Of a stretch of 64,000 nucleotides of DNA, positions 1-9,486 are shown piece by piece. The position numbers and the translations under genes were made by a program. Numbering within the stretch: position 1 is the stretch's first letter; each line of letters opens with the position of its first letter. Source of the DNA: Candidatus Saccharimonadota bacterium (GTDB lineage: Bacteria > Patescibacteriota > Saccharimonadia > Saccharimonadales > HK-STAS-PATE-42). The notes under the pieces are model-generated. The model did no database searches. It had not been told where the DNA came from and was given only the letters and a program-made list of their open reading frames with translations. The DNA is taken from the NCBI GenBank assembly GCA_036826375.1, contig DAISWL010000001.1, positions 40,201-104,200 on the forward strand, given 5' to 3'.

Positions 1-428
1 GAAAGTACAAACAAACCACCAAATAAGAATATTACAAAACTTAGGTTTTGAATCATTATTTTAGTTGTAATCACGGAGGTAGAGATAGATGCCTTAGCTT
101 TTTCACGCATCCTAACCGCTAAATAGCTGATTACCGATACTCCCGCTGTTGGCAGAACGAACCCAACAAAGTTAAGCTCTAATGCCAACTTTAATGATTG
201 ATTCTGGCTTATATCTACGCCAAATATCTTGTAGATACTGCGGTACAAATTGCCAGTTGAACGATAGTTCCAATACTGCAAAAACGGAATAATGGCTAAA
301 ATAAAATAATCGGCATTCTTGATGTTTTTCAGGGTTTCTAGTATATTACTGCGTAAAGAATAAATAGTAGCCCCTAGCAACAGCAACGTAACCAAGTTTA
401 TAACCATTTTTAGTTTAGATGTTTTCAT
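1..428 (-). CDS. integral membrane protein, N-terminal part (gene runs off left edge); possibly UPF0104/flippase-like
   Basis: Own minus-strand translation from the ATG at 428..426 (MKTSKLKMVINLVTLLLLGATIYSLRSNILETLKNIKNADYFILAIIPFLQYWNY...) stays open to position 1. It contains hydrophobic helices. It is absent from the ORF track because no stop lies in the window. Confidence 0.5.
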   Translation of the reverse strand, partial: MKTSKLKMVINLVTLLLLGATIYSLRSNILETLKNIKNADYFILAIIPFLQYWNYRSTGNLYRSIYKIFGVDISQNQSLKLALELNFVGFVLPTAGVSVISYLAVRMREKAKASISTSVITTKIMIQNLSFVIFLFGGLFVL

Positions 429-602
429 GCAAATATCAACTCTCAGTTAAAATATATCACCCGATAAAATCAACTTAATCAAAAGTTAATTATACCATCA
501 AGACGCTAATTAAAGTACCCCCAGTCTCGTTTGAAGTAGGGCACTCTCATGTAAAGAATTAAAACTACTTTAAATAATAATATTAATACAACAAAAATTA
601 TA

Positions 603-632
603 TTGACATACTAATGTTATTTATGCTAGTAT
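603..632 (+). promoter_or_regulatory. sigma70-type promoter TTGACA-N18-TGcTAGTAT for the 687 ORF
   Basis: TTGACA lies at 603-608 and TAGTAT at 627-632, preceded by TGC (extended -10). The string tatattgacat...ttatgctagtat recurs upstream of the 35897 ORF and at 33448-33476. Confidence 0.6.
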
Positions 633-686
633 GTAAGCGGTAGACGTAAGTAAAACACAAAAATAATTTGAAAGGAATATACCTCA

Positions 687-1280
687 ATGAGTGCGGAAAA
701 TGAATTTGCGACTAGGCCATCACCTAAACATTTACACTGTGAACAAGAGCCCGATGCGCTAACAAGATTACAAGATGCGGTAGACTCCGGGGAATTAGAA
801 AGAGTAGATTCGAGTTTTGTGGCTCGAGGAGCAAGCATGGCAGCCCGCGAAATAGCCAGAGTGTCATCCAATAGTATAATTGGGGCGAACGTTCACTACG
901 ATACAGCTGAATCTAGCTCCGGGCTCAGACGTTTAGCAGGGGAAGTTGGGAAAAAATTAATGAGTCGCCTGTTCCCCGACAGATATCCCCCTCATGTTTT
1001 ATATGTGATGCACAGTCTTATCGATAATGTGTATTTACCTAAACCTGGGGAAATTAAAAATCATGGGGCACCGACGACCTTATTAAGAGGTTCAACCGTG
1101 CTTGGATTTGATGACAATGGCACAGATTTCGGTATGGCGCAGGTCGAACGAGGAGCCGGGGTTAGCGATTCTACCGTTTTTGGGCCCGTTAAGATAGGCG
1201 AAGGTGCCAGGGTTACGAATTCCGTAGTATCCTACGTTTGCCCACAGCCTGTACCCATAGTTGGCGAAGACGCTGACTAA
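687..1280 (+). CDS. G+C-rich hypothetical protein; C-terminal part looks like a left-handed beta-helix/hexapeptide-type repeat; possible 3' frameshift
   Basis: 197-aa ORF with its own promoter and a weak SD. A +1-frame ORF at 1282-1398 (SDVGYLNRGEKLRLPGHADEATVTRIPNGGTLFEANAK*) continues the same style of sequence. Confidence 0.55.
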   Translation: MSAENEFATRPSPKHLHCEQEPDALTRLQDAVDSGELERVDSSFVARGASMAAREIARVSSNSIIGANVHYDTAESSSGLRRLAGEVGKKLMSRLFPDRYPPHVLYVMHSLIDNVYLPKPGEIKNHGAPTTLLRGSTVLGFDDNGTDFGMAQVERGAGVSDSTVFGPVKIGEGARVTNSVVSYVCPQPVPIVGEDAD

Positions 1281-1408
1281 CTCAGATGTTGGCTATTTGA
1301 ATCGTGGAGAAAAGCTTAGATTACCCGGGCACGCTGATGAGGCAACAGTTACACGCATTCCAAACGGGGGGACACTCTTTGAAGCAAATGCCAAATAGTA
1401 GTTATTAC

Positions 1409-1762
1409 CTAGCTGTTATCAACAGCGCTAACAACAGCTTCAAAAGCTTTTGGCTCGTTAACAGCAAGTTCAGCTAAAGTTTTTCTATCCAAAATAATTT
1501 CAGACTGATTAAGCTTAGCAATAAACTTGGAATAACTATTGGTAGGATCCAACTGCCTTAGGGCTGCGTTGATTCTAACAGTCCACAAACGGCGGAAATC
1601 ACGCTTTTTGTTACGTCTATCGCGGTAAGCATACTGCAGTGAACGGATGACTCCTTGTTTTGCCAACCTGAAAGATGTACGACGAGGATGACTCATCCCT
1701 TTCGCCATCTTTAAAATTTTCTTGTGCTTAGCTCTTTTGGTTACGCCTTTTTTAACACGCAT
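1409..1762 (-). CDS. rplT: 50S ribosomal protein L20
   Basis: Typical L20 sequence ([36 protein letters not shown]) in the infC-rpmI-rplT order. Confidence 0.95.
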   Translation of the reverse strand: MRVKKGVTKRAKHKKILKMAKGMSHPRRTSFRLAKQGVIRSLQYAYRDRRNKKRDFRRLWTVRINAALRQLDPTNSYSKFIAKLNQSEIILDRKTLAELAVNEPKAFEAVVSAVDNS

Positions 1763-1790
1763 TGTTTTCTCCTAGTATTATATCTTTAAA

Positions 1791-1991
1791 TTAAAGCCCT
1801 AGAGCCCTTTTAATTGTTTTTTGGTTGGTAGAATCTACCCCTACATCACCAGATTTCCTACGCTTGTTAGCGCCAGATTTCTTGGCCAAGAAATGGCTCA
1901 TGTATGCCGAGCCGCGCAACATTTTTTTGCTACTGCTAAGCTTAATTCTTTTAGCAATAGACTTTCTGGTTTTTAACTTAATCTTAGGCAT
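1791..1991 (-). CDS. rpmI: 50S ribosomal protein L35
   Basis: MPKIKLKTRKSIAKRIK... is a basic 66-aa protein lying between infC and rplT. Confidence 0.95.
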   Translation of the reverse strand: MPKIKLKTRKSIAKRIKLSSSKKMLRGSAYMSHFLAKKSGANKRRKSGDVGVDSTNQKTIKRALGL

Positions 1992-2524
1992 TATTTAGAT
2001 CTCCTTACTGTCATTGATAAGTTGTTCCCGGCTAGAGTTGGCTGCTGCTCAACTATAGTATCATCACTCATCTGAGCAATGATGCTTTCAAACAGTTTAA
2101 AGCCTAACTCTTTGTGGGCACGTTCTCTTCCTCTATATAGTAACACAAATCTTACCTTGTTGCCAGCATCTAAAAACTTATTAATTTTGTTAAGCTTAAC
2201 ATCGAGGTCGTGCTGACCTATTTTAAGGCCGATACGCATCTGCTTAAGCTCTTGAACTACCTGATTTTTCTTACTCTCTTTAGCTTTTTTGGTTTTTTGG
2301 TAATTATATTTACCCCAATCGGCAATTCTGGCCACAGGAGGATCAGCGTTGGGCGAAACTTCTATTAAATCTAGGCCTGCTTGTTTGGCCATACCAAGAG
2401 CTTCATCACGGTCAAGGATGCCAACCATTTCACCCTCATCATTTATCACCTTAAGTTTAGGCGCACGAATGAATTGGTTGATCCTGGTTCTGGGCTCAAA
2501 TTTTCTAGAGCTTTTTTTTCTGAT
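1991..2524 (-). CDS. infC: translation initiation factor IF-3, probably starting at a non-AUG (ATC) codon
   Basis: The track ORF (from 2449) lacks the conserved N-terminus. The frame stays open upstream as SAIRKKSSRKFEPRTRINQFIRAPKLKVINDEGE..., with no ATG/GTG/TTG. An ATC at 2524..2522 lies 9 nt after AAGGA. Confidence 0.85.
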   Translation of the reverse strand: MRKKSSRKFEPRTRINQFIRAPKLKVINDEGEMVGILDRDEALGMAKQAGLDLIEVSPNADPPVARIADWGKYNYQKTKKAKESKKNQVVQELKQMRIGLKIGQHDLDVKLNKINKFLDAGNKVRFVLLYRGRERAHKELGFKLFESIIAQMSDDTIVEQQPTLAGNNLSMTVRRSK

Positions 2525-2595
2525 AGCTGATTATCCTTAAAAATGGGGTTGTTAATTTTACTTTATAAGTTAGTATAGCAGATGTTGGGATGATT

Positions 2596-4119
2596 TCAAG
2601 CATCTTTCTTGCGGTATTGCAAAGCTTCGGCTATGTGGTTAAGTTTAACATCTTCACTCTGTTCAAGGTCAGCAATTGTTCTGGCTACTTTAACCGCCTT
2701 CATGTAAGCACGGGCTGAGAGGTACATCTTATTGGCGTAATCATCTATAAATTGCTTAGCTTCAGGGGTGATTTGGGCTAGCTCGCGGGCATCTTTATTG
2801 CTCATGTGCGAATTAGTTTTCGAACCTGAACCGTAACGCTTTTTCTGAGCCTCTCTAGCTATTAAAACCCGAGTTAGTATCTCGGCTGTAGTTTCTTCAT
2901 CGCTAGCCTTTTTAAGCAGCTTTTCATGCTCTACTCTTTTAACAAAAACTATTAGATCTATCCTATCTAAAAGCGGACCTGAGATTTTTTTACTATAGTT
3001 TTGAACTTGAAAATTAGAGCAACTGCAATCGTGATCTTCATCTCCAAAGTAACCACAGGGGCACGGATTTTGGCTGGCAACCAACATAAAATCTGCCGGG
3101 AATTCTACGCTTTCATTAACCCTGGCAATTGAAACTATTCTATCTTCTAGCGGCTGGCGCAGAGCTTCAAGATTCTGACGAGGGTATTCTGGCAATTCAT
3201 CCAAGAATAGAACTCCGCGATGCGAAAGGCTAATTTCACCGGGTTTAGGTATTTTACCCCCGCCGATTAATGCAGCCCCTGAACTGGTGTGGTGCGGGGC
3301 GCGAAACGGTCGCTGGCTTAAAACTTCGGTAGATTTACCTGCCAAACTGTGCAATTTAGTAACTTCCACAATTTCATCTTGAGTAAGGGGCGGTAAAATC
3401 CCAACCAAAGCTCTGGCCATCATCGTTTTACCAGCTCCGGGAGGCCCACTCATCAAAACATTGTGATGCCCCGCCGCAGCAATTTCTAGCGCTCGTTTAG
3501 CTTGTTTCTGACCATGGATGTTACAAAAATCTATCACATTTTTGAAATCACTGAGTTCATCGTTAGGCTTATATTCCTCTGTTAAGCTTAACTTCTCAAT
3601 ATTCTTCAGATGCTTAAACACTTGCTTTAAGTTTTTAGCACCGTAAACTTTAACTCCACCTATAAGCGAAGCTTGTCCGGCATTTTCTTCCGGAACAATC
3701 AGATTAGTTTTACCAGATTTTTTAGCGATTTCAGCATAGCCGATGATTCCACGAACAGGCCTTAACGATCCATCAAGAGCTAACTCCCCTATTAGAAGAG
3801 TTTCCTCAACTGATTTGGGGTCGATTTCATCTGCGGCAATTAAGATTGCCACCGCCATTGGTAAATCGTAAGCAGTTCCATCTTTATAGATATCAGCCGG
3901 CGCTAAGTTTAAAGTGATATTTTTCTTCGGGAAGAAAAGATCACTGTTTTTAATAGCACTTCTGATTCTTTCTTTGCTCTCATCAATAGCCTTAGCGCCT
4001 AATCCGACAATTGTTATTCTTGGTTTTCCATTAGTGATGTCGCATTCAACTTCTATCAGCTGACCGTTGAAACCGATGTTTGCTCCGCTATAAACTAATG
4101 ATGTTCGTTTAATTGCCAT
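2596..4119 (-). CDS. YifB/ComM family Mg-chelatase-like AAA+ ATPase
   Basis: Lon-protease-like N-terminal domain, Walker A GPPGAGKT, and typical 507-aa length. Confidence 0.9.
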   Translation of the reverse strand: MAIKRTSLVYSGANIGFNGQLIEVECDITNGKPRITIVGLGAKAIDESKERIRSAIKNSDLFFPKKNITLNLAPADIYKDGTAYDLPMAVAILIAADEIDPKSVEETLLIGELALDGSLRPVRGIIGYAEIAKKSGKTNLIVPEENAGQASLIGGVKVYGAKNLKQVFKHLKNIEKLSLTEEYKPNDELSDFKNVIDFCNIHGQKQAKRALEIAAAGHHNVLMSGPPGAGKTMMARALVGILPPLTQDEIVEVTKLHSLAGKSTEVLSQRPFRAPHHTSSGAALIGGGKIPKPGEISLSHRGVLFLDELPEYPRQNLEALRQPLEDRIVSIARVNESVEFPADFMLVASQNPCPCGYFGDEDHDCSCSNFQVQNYSKKISGPLLDRIDLIVFVKRVEHEKLLKKASDEETTAEILTRVLIAREAQKKRYGSGSKTNSHMSNKDARELAQITPEAKQFIDDYANKMYLSARAYMKAVKVARTIADLEQSEDVKLNHIAEALQYRKKDA

Positions 4120-4121
4120 TT

Positions 4122-5024
4122 CTAAATTCCTTTATTTATTTTCTTTATCCAATCGGAAAAATCAGCTCCAACATCTGGATGCTTCATCCCATACTGCACA
4201 ACTGTTTTTAAATACTCTAGCTTATCTCCACAATCATGGAATTTAGCATTGTTGATTTCAACCCCCAGGCAGTTATAACCCTTTTTGATTAGTATATCTA
4301 GGGCGTCTGTGTACATCAATTCTCGCTTGCCAGATAAGACATCTGGCCTCTTTGATAATTCTTCAATCACTGGGAATATCATGGGAGTCCATAATGAACC
4401 ACCAGGAACCGCGAGTTTGCTATCGGTGTTACCGTAGCCCGGCTTTTCTAAGATTCCACTAAGCTTAATCAAGCCATTATCTAGCTCTTGCCCACTTATG
4501 TAGCCGTATTTATCATAATCTTGCGGCCTATCTGCCTTAAAAGCTGATATTACAGCAGCGGCATCTGGGTTATTTTGGTATGCCTTGATGAGTTGCATGA
4601 CTCTTGAAGGCTTAGATTCCATAAAATCATCACCCCACATTAATATAAATGGTTCATCACCTATTAAATCTTTAGTGTTAAGTATGGCAGTAGCATTGCC
4701 GATTGGGCCTTTTTGTCTAACGTAATAGAAATTAGCCATGTTGGCGATAAGTTTAACTTCTTTTAATTGCCGATGTTTGTTGGCCGATTCAAGCCTTTGT
4801 TCCAATTCGAAACTATGGTCAAAATGATCTTCAATCGCTCTTTTATGATAGCCAGTTACGATAATAATATCTGTGATACCAGCCTCAACTAATTCTTCTA
4901 CAACATATTGAATTATTGGTTTATCAACAATCGGCATCATCTCTTTTGGCATCGCCTTAGATTGCGGTAAAAATCTAGTGCCGTAACCAGCTGCAGCAAT
5001 TATGGCTTTTTTAATTTTTTGCAT
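4122..5024 (-). CDS. galU: UTP--glucose-1-phosphate uridylyltransferase
   Basis: AAGYGTRFLPQSKAMPKEMMPIVDKPIIQY motif and the overall GalU pattern. Confidence 0.9.
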   Translation of the reverse strand: MQKIKKAIIAAAGYGTRFLPQSKAMPKEMMPIVDKPIIQYVVEELVEAGITDIIIVTGYHKRAIEDHFDHSFELEQRLESANKHRQLKEVKLIANMANFYYVRQKGPIGNATAILNTKDLIGDEPFILMWGDDFMESKPSRVMQLIKAYQNNPDAAAVISAFKADRPQDYDKYGYISGQELDNGLIKLSGILEKPGYGNTDSKLAVPGGSLWTPMIFPVIEELSKRPDVLSGKRELMYTDALDILIKKGYNCLGVEINNAKFHDCGDKLEYLKTVVQYGMKHPDVGADFSDWIKKINKGI

Positions 5025-5214
5025 ATGACTTTTGTATTTCAGCTTTTAAAGATGAGCTCTCATTTTGCTCTCTCGTACTAATTTCAATTTTATATTCATG
5101 AGCCATTCGCTTAAATATACCTGCAAAAACTTTACCACTAAGATAAACACTGTTGACCGTTAGCCCCGAATACCCCACGAAGCCTACCTCTAAATTTATT
5201 GTATAATCTGACAT
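5011..5214 (-). CDS. small hypothetical protein
   Basis: 67-aa ORF overlapping the galU start by 14 nt. No family recognised. Confidence 0.35.
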   Translation of the reverse strand: MSDYTINLEVGFVGYSGLTVNSVYLSGKVFAGIFKRMAHEYKIEISTREQNESSSLKAEIQKSYAKN

Positions 5215-5344
5215 AATTTTAGTCTCCGCTTTTTTAAAATTTAAAGCCTATTACTATCTATTATTATACCACCGCTTTTAGGAGAGCCCTACAGTGTTTA
5301 CGCGCCCAAACAATTACTCAATATATAGAAGAAACCCGAATATA

Positions 5345-6079
5345 TTAAAAGCCCAAAACCTCTTGTTTGGCACGAATATCATCGATATCTTGTTGATGCT
5401 TAGCCCAATCTTTTGTCGAGCAAGATTCAGTAACCGCTAAGGTGCTTTTACGAGTACTCTTAACTAGGTACCTCATACGGTAAGGAACTCCATCGTTGCT
5501 CTTATAGTTGTAAACGGCACCCTGTAGGTTTATTTTTTGACCATCTTTCTTTTGAATTTCTACCGTAATTTCATCTAGTTTCTTAATGTTAGACTGGTCA
5601 TTGACATATGTTTTGAGCTGATTAACGCCATTATTTATAGCCTCTTTATTGCTCAAGAGAAGATTATTATAAGTACTGGCATAAGAAGCTCTGCAGGTAG
5701 AATCTGAAAGCTTAAACTCTCTTGCATAAGATCCGCCGTCAAATGACACATCCCATTTTGGGCCATAATAACTTTTATCTGACTTAAACGAAAAATAATA
5801 TTCAACATAGGCATCATCACCTATAATTTGAGAATCGGCAGAAAGTGATGACAGCTCGCTAGATCCGAGATTATCGCGTTGGCCGTAGAGCCATACTCCA
5901 AGAAAAATGAGGCCCGCTAAAATAATCAAAACCAAAGATACCAAGGATATAATTAAACCAGCTAAAAAACCACTCTTTTTCTTCGCTGGTTGATTTAACT
6001 GAGGACTATAGGGGCTTGGATTATTGTTATTTATACTACTGGGTGCATCTTGGTTAAATTGATTTTGTTGATTTTCCAT
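5345..6079 (-). CDS. hypothetical membrane-anchored protein
   Basis: Q/N/P-rich N-terminus, a single TM helix (FLAGLIISLVSLVLIILAGLIFLGVWLY), then a soluble domain. Confidence 0.6.
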   Translation of the reverse strand: MENQQNQFNQDAPSSINNNNPSPYSPQLNQPAKKKSGFLAGLIISLVSLVLIILAGLIFLGVWLYGQRDNLGSSELSSLSADSQIIGDDAYVEYYFSFKSDKSYYGPKWDVSFDGGSYAREFKLSDSTCRASYASTYNNLLLSNKEAINNGVNQLKTYVNDQSNIKKLDEITVEIQKKDGQKINLQGAVYNYKSNDGVPYRMRYLVKSTRKSTLAVTESCSTKDWAKHQQDIDDIRAKQEVLGF

Positions 6080-6391
6080 CTGTTAGAAGTCTCCCTTATC
6101 GTTGTTAAAGTTATTTTCAGTTATTATTGTGATGAGACGAATTGTTTATTATTAATGAACTTTTTCGAAATACCTGTATGAATCTTAGAAGATTATTGTT
6201 ATTAATCTTAGCCAGAACAACCGCCTTTCCACCCTAAAGCTTAAGCATTATTTTTATATATTATACACCTAAGAATACTTAAACAAAAATATATTTAGAA
6301 TGAACCATAAATGTAATCAGATTTCACTTCAAAACATTAGGGTTTTAGTATTTATTTTGATTGTAATGATAGAGATACTGATTCTAGCCAA

Positions 6392-8086
6392 CTACATTCT
6401 ATCAACCACTTCAACTCCTAAAAGATTTAGACCTAGGCTCAAAGTATTAGCATACTTTCGCACCAAGCTTAAACGTAATTGTTGACGGCTATCTCCTATA
6501 ATGCGTGTTTTTTCATAAAATCTATTGAATTCTTGCGCTAATGAATAGAGGTAGTTAGCAATATAATGAGGCATCGCCTCCTTTGCTGATTTCCCAAATG
6601 CCTCGCCCCACTCACTAAGCTTAAGCACCAATAGTCTCTCCTCTTCATCGAAACTATTTCCGTCAATACTAAGGTTGAGATCTTGTTTTGTTGAATCTGC
6701 TTTTCTCATAATTGCCATCGCCCTCGCATAAGCATACTGCAAATATGGCCCACTATTGCCATTCAAACTAACTGATTCTTGAACGTCAAAGTTGATATCG
6801 CTGCCAACTCTGTACTTCAAAAATTCATATTTAATAGCTCCTAGCTGAATCACTTGAATCTGATTCTGATCACTATTATTAAGCTTAACCTTTTCTTCAA
6901 CCGAAGCAAGAACATCAACCGCCCGAGTAACATTGCCGAGGCGTGAGCTCATTTTTTTGCCATCGCTAAACTTAACGGTACCGTTAGCTAAATGATGATT
7001 AAGCCCTTTAAGTTTAGAATCTAACTGAGAAACCGCCGTGAAAACTACCTGCATATATTCTTTCTGATCGTTACCGGTGAGCAATAAACGCTGATCGAAA
7101 TTATAATCTTCAATTTCTTGAAATATTACTCCTACATCTTTAGTTTCATAGGTTGGTAAGCCTTCCGAGTTGATGAAAACCCTAGTGTGATTATTCAGAT
7201 TTTCACCGCCTTCAAAAATAATTGCTCCATCAGATTTTTTAAAGATGCCCGCCTCCAAACCTTCTTGAACTTTTGAGATGCCTAAATCTGCCACGCTACT
7301 CTCGGGATAATAATGCATTTGGTTCACCTTAAGCTTAGCGTAAAAAGCCTTGAAATAATCAAAGCTCCAATCACGGCAGGTAAAATAGATTACCGCCAGC
7401 GGATCATCTTTTTTGATTTCACCAGAATGAAACTGGTAGATTTTTTTATTGAGCTGTAAAATCTGCTCTTGGGCTTGATCTTCTTTATCGGCACTGGCTC
7501 CGTTAACATAGCATTGAGAGATGAAGTTGGCCCGCTCTATAGGATCTTTAGAAATGTCATTAAGCTTAAGCGGATGCTCCCCGCCAAGTTTCTGTAGAAT
7601 TCCCCACATCGCCCTAGCCACGTGACGACCAACATCTCCACCAAAACTAGTTCTGTTAACTCTTGCTCCGGCCGCCTCAAAGATTTTGGCAATGCTATCT
7701 CCCAATAAAGTGTTGTAAAGATGCCCAGTGTGAAGCTCTTTAAAAGCATTCGGACAGCTGTATTCAATAACCCAATTTTGGTTTTGATAAATTTGGGGCA
7801 AATCTTGATTTGCCAAGTTCCAAAGCAAGTCATCTTTAAGCTTAATATTGATGAAGCCCGGGCCAGCAATCTCAACCGAACTGATTGCTTTATGATCCTT
7901 AAGTTTATTGTAGATTTCCTCCGCTATCTCTCTAGGATTTTTTTTAATTTGACCAGCTAACTTCATAGCGATGTTAGTTGAAAAATCGCCAAATTGAGGA
8001 TCCGGCCTAGTTAGCTCTACATCGGCATCTAAGCTAAATAGTTGATTTACAATTTCAGAAATAATTAAGTTTAAATTTGCTTCCAT
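6392..8086 (-). CDS. argS: arginine--tRNA ligase
   Basis: Class I motifs HTGHLYN and KMSSRLG, with typical ArgRS domain order. Confidence 0.95.
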   Translation of the reverse strand: MEANLNLIISEIVNQLFSLDADVELTRPDPQFGDFSTNIAMKLAGQIKKNPREIAEEIYNKLKDHKAISSVEIAGPGFINIKLKDDLLWNLANQDLPQIYQNQNWVIEYSCPNAFKELHTGHLYNTLLGDSIAKIFEAAGARVNRTSFGGDVGRHVARAMWGILQKLGGEHPLKLNDISKDPIERANFISQCYVNGASADKEDQAQEQILQLNKKIYQFHSGEIKKDDPLAVIYFTCRDWSFDYFKAFYAKLKVNQMHYYPESSVADLGISKVQEGLEAGIFKKSDGAIIFEGGENLNNHTRVFINSEGLPTYETKDVGVIFQEIEDYNFDQRLLLTGNDQKEYMQVVFTAVSQLDSKLKGLNHHLANGTVKFSDGKKMSSRLGNVTRAVDVLASVEEKVKLNNSDQNQIQVIQLGAIKYEFLKYRVGSDINFDVQESVSLNGNSGPYLQYAYARAMAIMRKADSTKQDLNLSIDGNSFDEEERLLVLKLSEWGEAFGKSAKEAMPHYIANYLYSLAQEFNRFYEKTRIIGDSRQQLRLSLVRKYANTLSLGLNLLGVEVVDRM

Positions 8087-8113
8087 ATTATTTATTATAG
8101 CAGTTTAGTGATA

Positions 8114-8386
8114 TTAGGCTTGGTATCCGCCAATATTTTCTGCATCATTAAATCCGGCTGAATTCAAGATTTGTTTTGCCGCTTCTGCTCTGCCTCCGCT
8201 TCTGCAATAAACTTCTATTTTGGCATCTTTTGGCAGATTTGGTAATTCGCCCTGCATCATTAAGTTTAAATCAAAATTGATAGCGCCCTTATAGTGGCCT
8301 TGGTTGAATTCCTCAGGGTTTCGTACATCGATTAGAATAGTTTTCTGATTCGTATGATCTATACTTACCTTTTTAAATTTGAGCGT
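8114..8386 (-). CDS. single-domain rhodanese-like sulfurtransferase lacking a canonical start codon (ACG at the expected ATG position)
   Basis: Own translation: (T)LKFKKVSIDHTNQKTILIDVRNPEEFNQGHYKGAINFDLNLMMQGELPNLPKDAKIEVYCRSGGRAEAAKQILNSAGFNDAENIGGYQA*. The active-site loop CRSGGR is intact. There is no ATG/GTG/TTG between the upstream in-frame stop and the domain. Confidence 0.6.
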   Translation of the reverse strand, partial: TLKFKKVSIDHTNQKTILIDVRNPEEFNQGHYKGAINFDLNLMMQGELPNLPKDAKIEVYCRSGGRAEAAKQILNSAGFNDAENIGGYQA

Positions 8387-8402
8387 ACTTATTGCCTAAA
8401 AA

Positions 8403-9440
8403 TTAAGCTTCATTTATCACGTCAAAACCTTTTTTACTGCCGACCAAAGCCAGGCCATAAATTTTAGAATCAGGCTCAAGATTGTTCAACATCTTAGCAA
8501 CCTCATTGAAGCTAGCTCCTGAACCAACTGCATCATCAATGATTAAGATGTTCCTTCCGTTAACTTGTAAACTTTCACCCACAAATACTGTTTGATTAAT
8601 ATTAATTATTCTATCTTTAAGTTTTGATAGGGTTTTTTGAGGCGTGATAATATCTCCAACTATCTTGCTAAGCTTAATCCTTGGAATATTAATAGCTAAG
8701 TGATTGTTCAGATAACCCATTAGCTGTTGTTGTCTTTTTACGGTTGGGGGGATGAAACAAACTACCTCAATTTTATTAAGTTTAATGAAAGTATTTATTT
8801 TAGCCTCGGTTAAGCTTAGAATCTGCTTAAATAGCTTTTTATCTTGAGCTTGCTTAGCATAAAGAACCAGCTGACCTAAAGATGTTTTTCCAAATATCTC
8901 ATCTGCATAAAAATCTACATATGCAGTTTTTGCAAGGCAGTAATCAGCAAAGGTTTCTCGCATTTCTTTATCTGCAGAAATTAAGCCTGAAGAATCTTTA
9001 AACTTAAGATTATTTTTTTGTAAATCTTTATATTTTTTAAGATAAGTATCACGATCGTAATCTCTTTCTTGACACCAAAAAGTGAAAGCCTCATCGCCTT
9101 TCAGTAATTGGCCGGAGGGAGTTATTTGGATGTAATCGACCAAAACACTCTCTATCTTAGCACTGGTTGAACTAGTTTTAGGCTGATCAATTTTTATTGA
9201 ATAATACACTTTTGGAGGTTTACCGAACTTGGCTATTGCATTGGCGTCTAAAAGAGGTGTCAGATAGTGCTTATACAAAGCCTGACGGCTGATACCTAGC
9301 TCTTCTATTATCTGATTTACGCTAGCCTTGCCCCTTTTTTCAATGAAAGTTAGCAGGGTACCCACCCTATCACTATTTCTGTGGTTATCAAGATTAAGCA
9401 TCCCGCTGGTGCCATCTGTAGCTGTTTTTTGGATATTCAT
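8403..9440 (-). CDS. winged-HTH plus phosphoribosyltransferase-domain fusion protein (PurR-like / ComF-like)
   Basis: N-terminal HTH (SVNQIIEELGISRQALYKHY) and a C-terminal PRPP-binding loop (ILIIDDAVGSGASF). No ComF-type zinc finger. Confidence 0.7.
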   Translation of the reverse strand: MNIQKTATDGTSGMLNLDNHRNSDRVGTLLTFIEKRGKASVNQIIEELGISRQALYKHYLTPLLDANAIAKFGKPPKVYYSIKIDQPKTSSTSAKIESVLVDYIQITPSGQLLKGDEAFTFWCQERDYDRDTYLKKYKDLQKNNLKFKDSSGLISADKEMRETFADYCLAKTAYVDFYADEIFGKTSLGQLVLYAKQAQDKKLFKQILSLTEAKINTFIKLNKIEVVCFIPPTVKRQQQLMGYLNNHLAINIPRIKLSKIVGDIITPQKTLSKLKDRIININQTVFVGESLQVNGRNILIIDDAVGSGASFNEVAKMLNNLEPDSKIYGLALVGSKKGFDVINEA

Positions 9441-9448
9441 ATGTTAGT

Positions 9449-9486
9449 ATATTAGCACAGTTGACAGTTGATAATCAACTGTCAAC
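9449..9486 (-). promoter_or_regulatory. promoter plus 27-bp palindromic operator candidate of the HTH-PRT gene
   Basis: GTTGACAGTTGAT-a-ATCAACTGTCAAC lies at 9460-9486. The extended -10 TGcTAATAT has its hexamer at 9454..9449, only 8 nt before the ATG at 9440. Confidence 0.6.
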
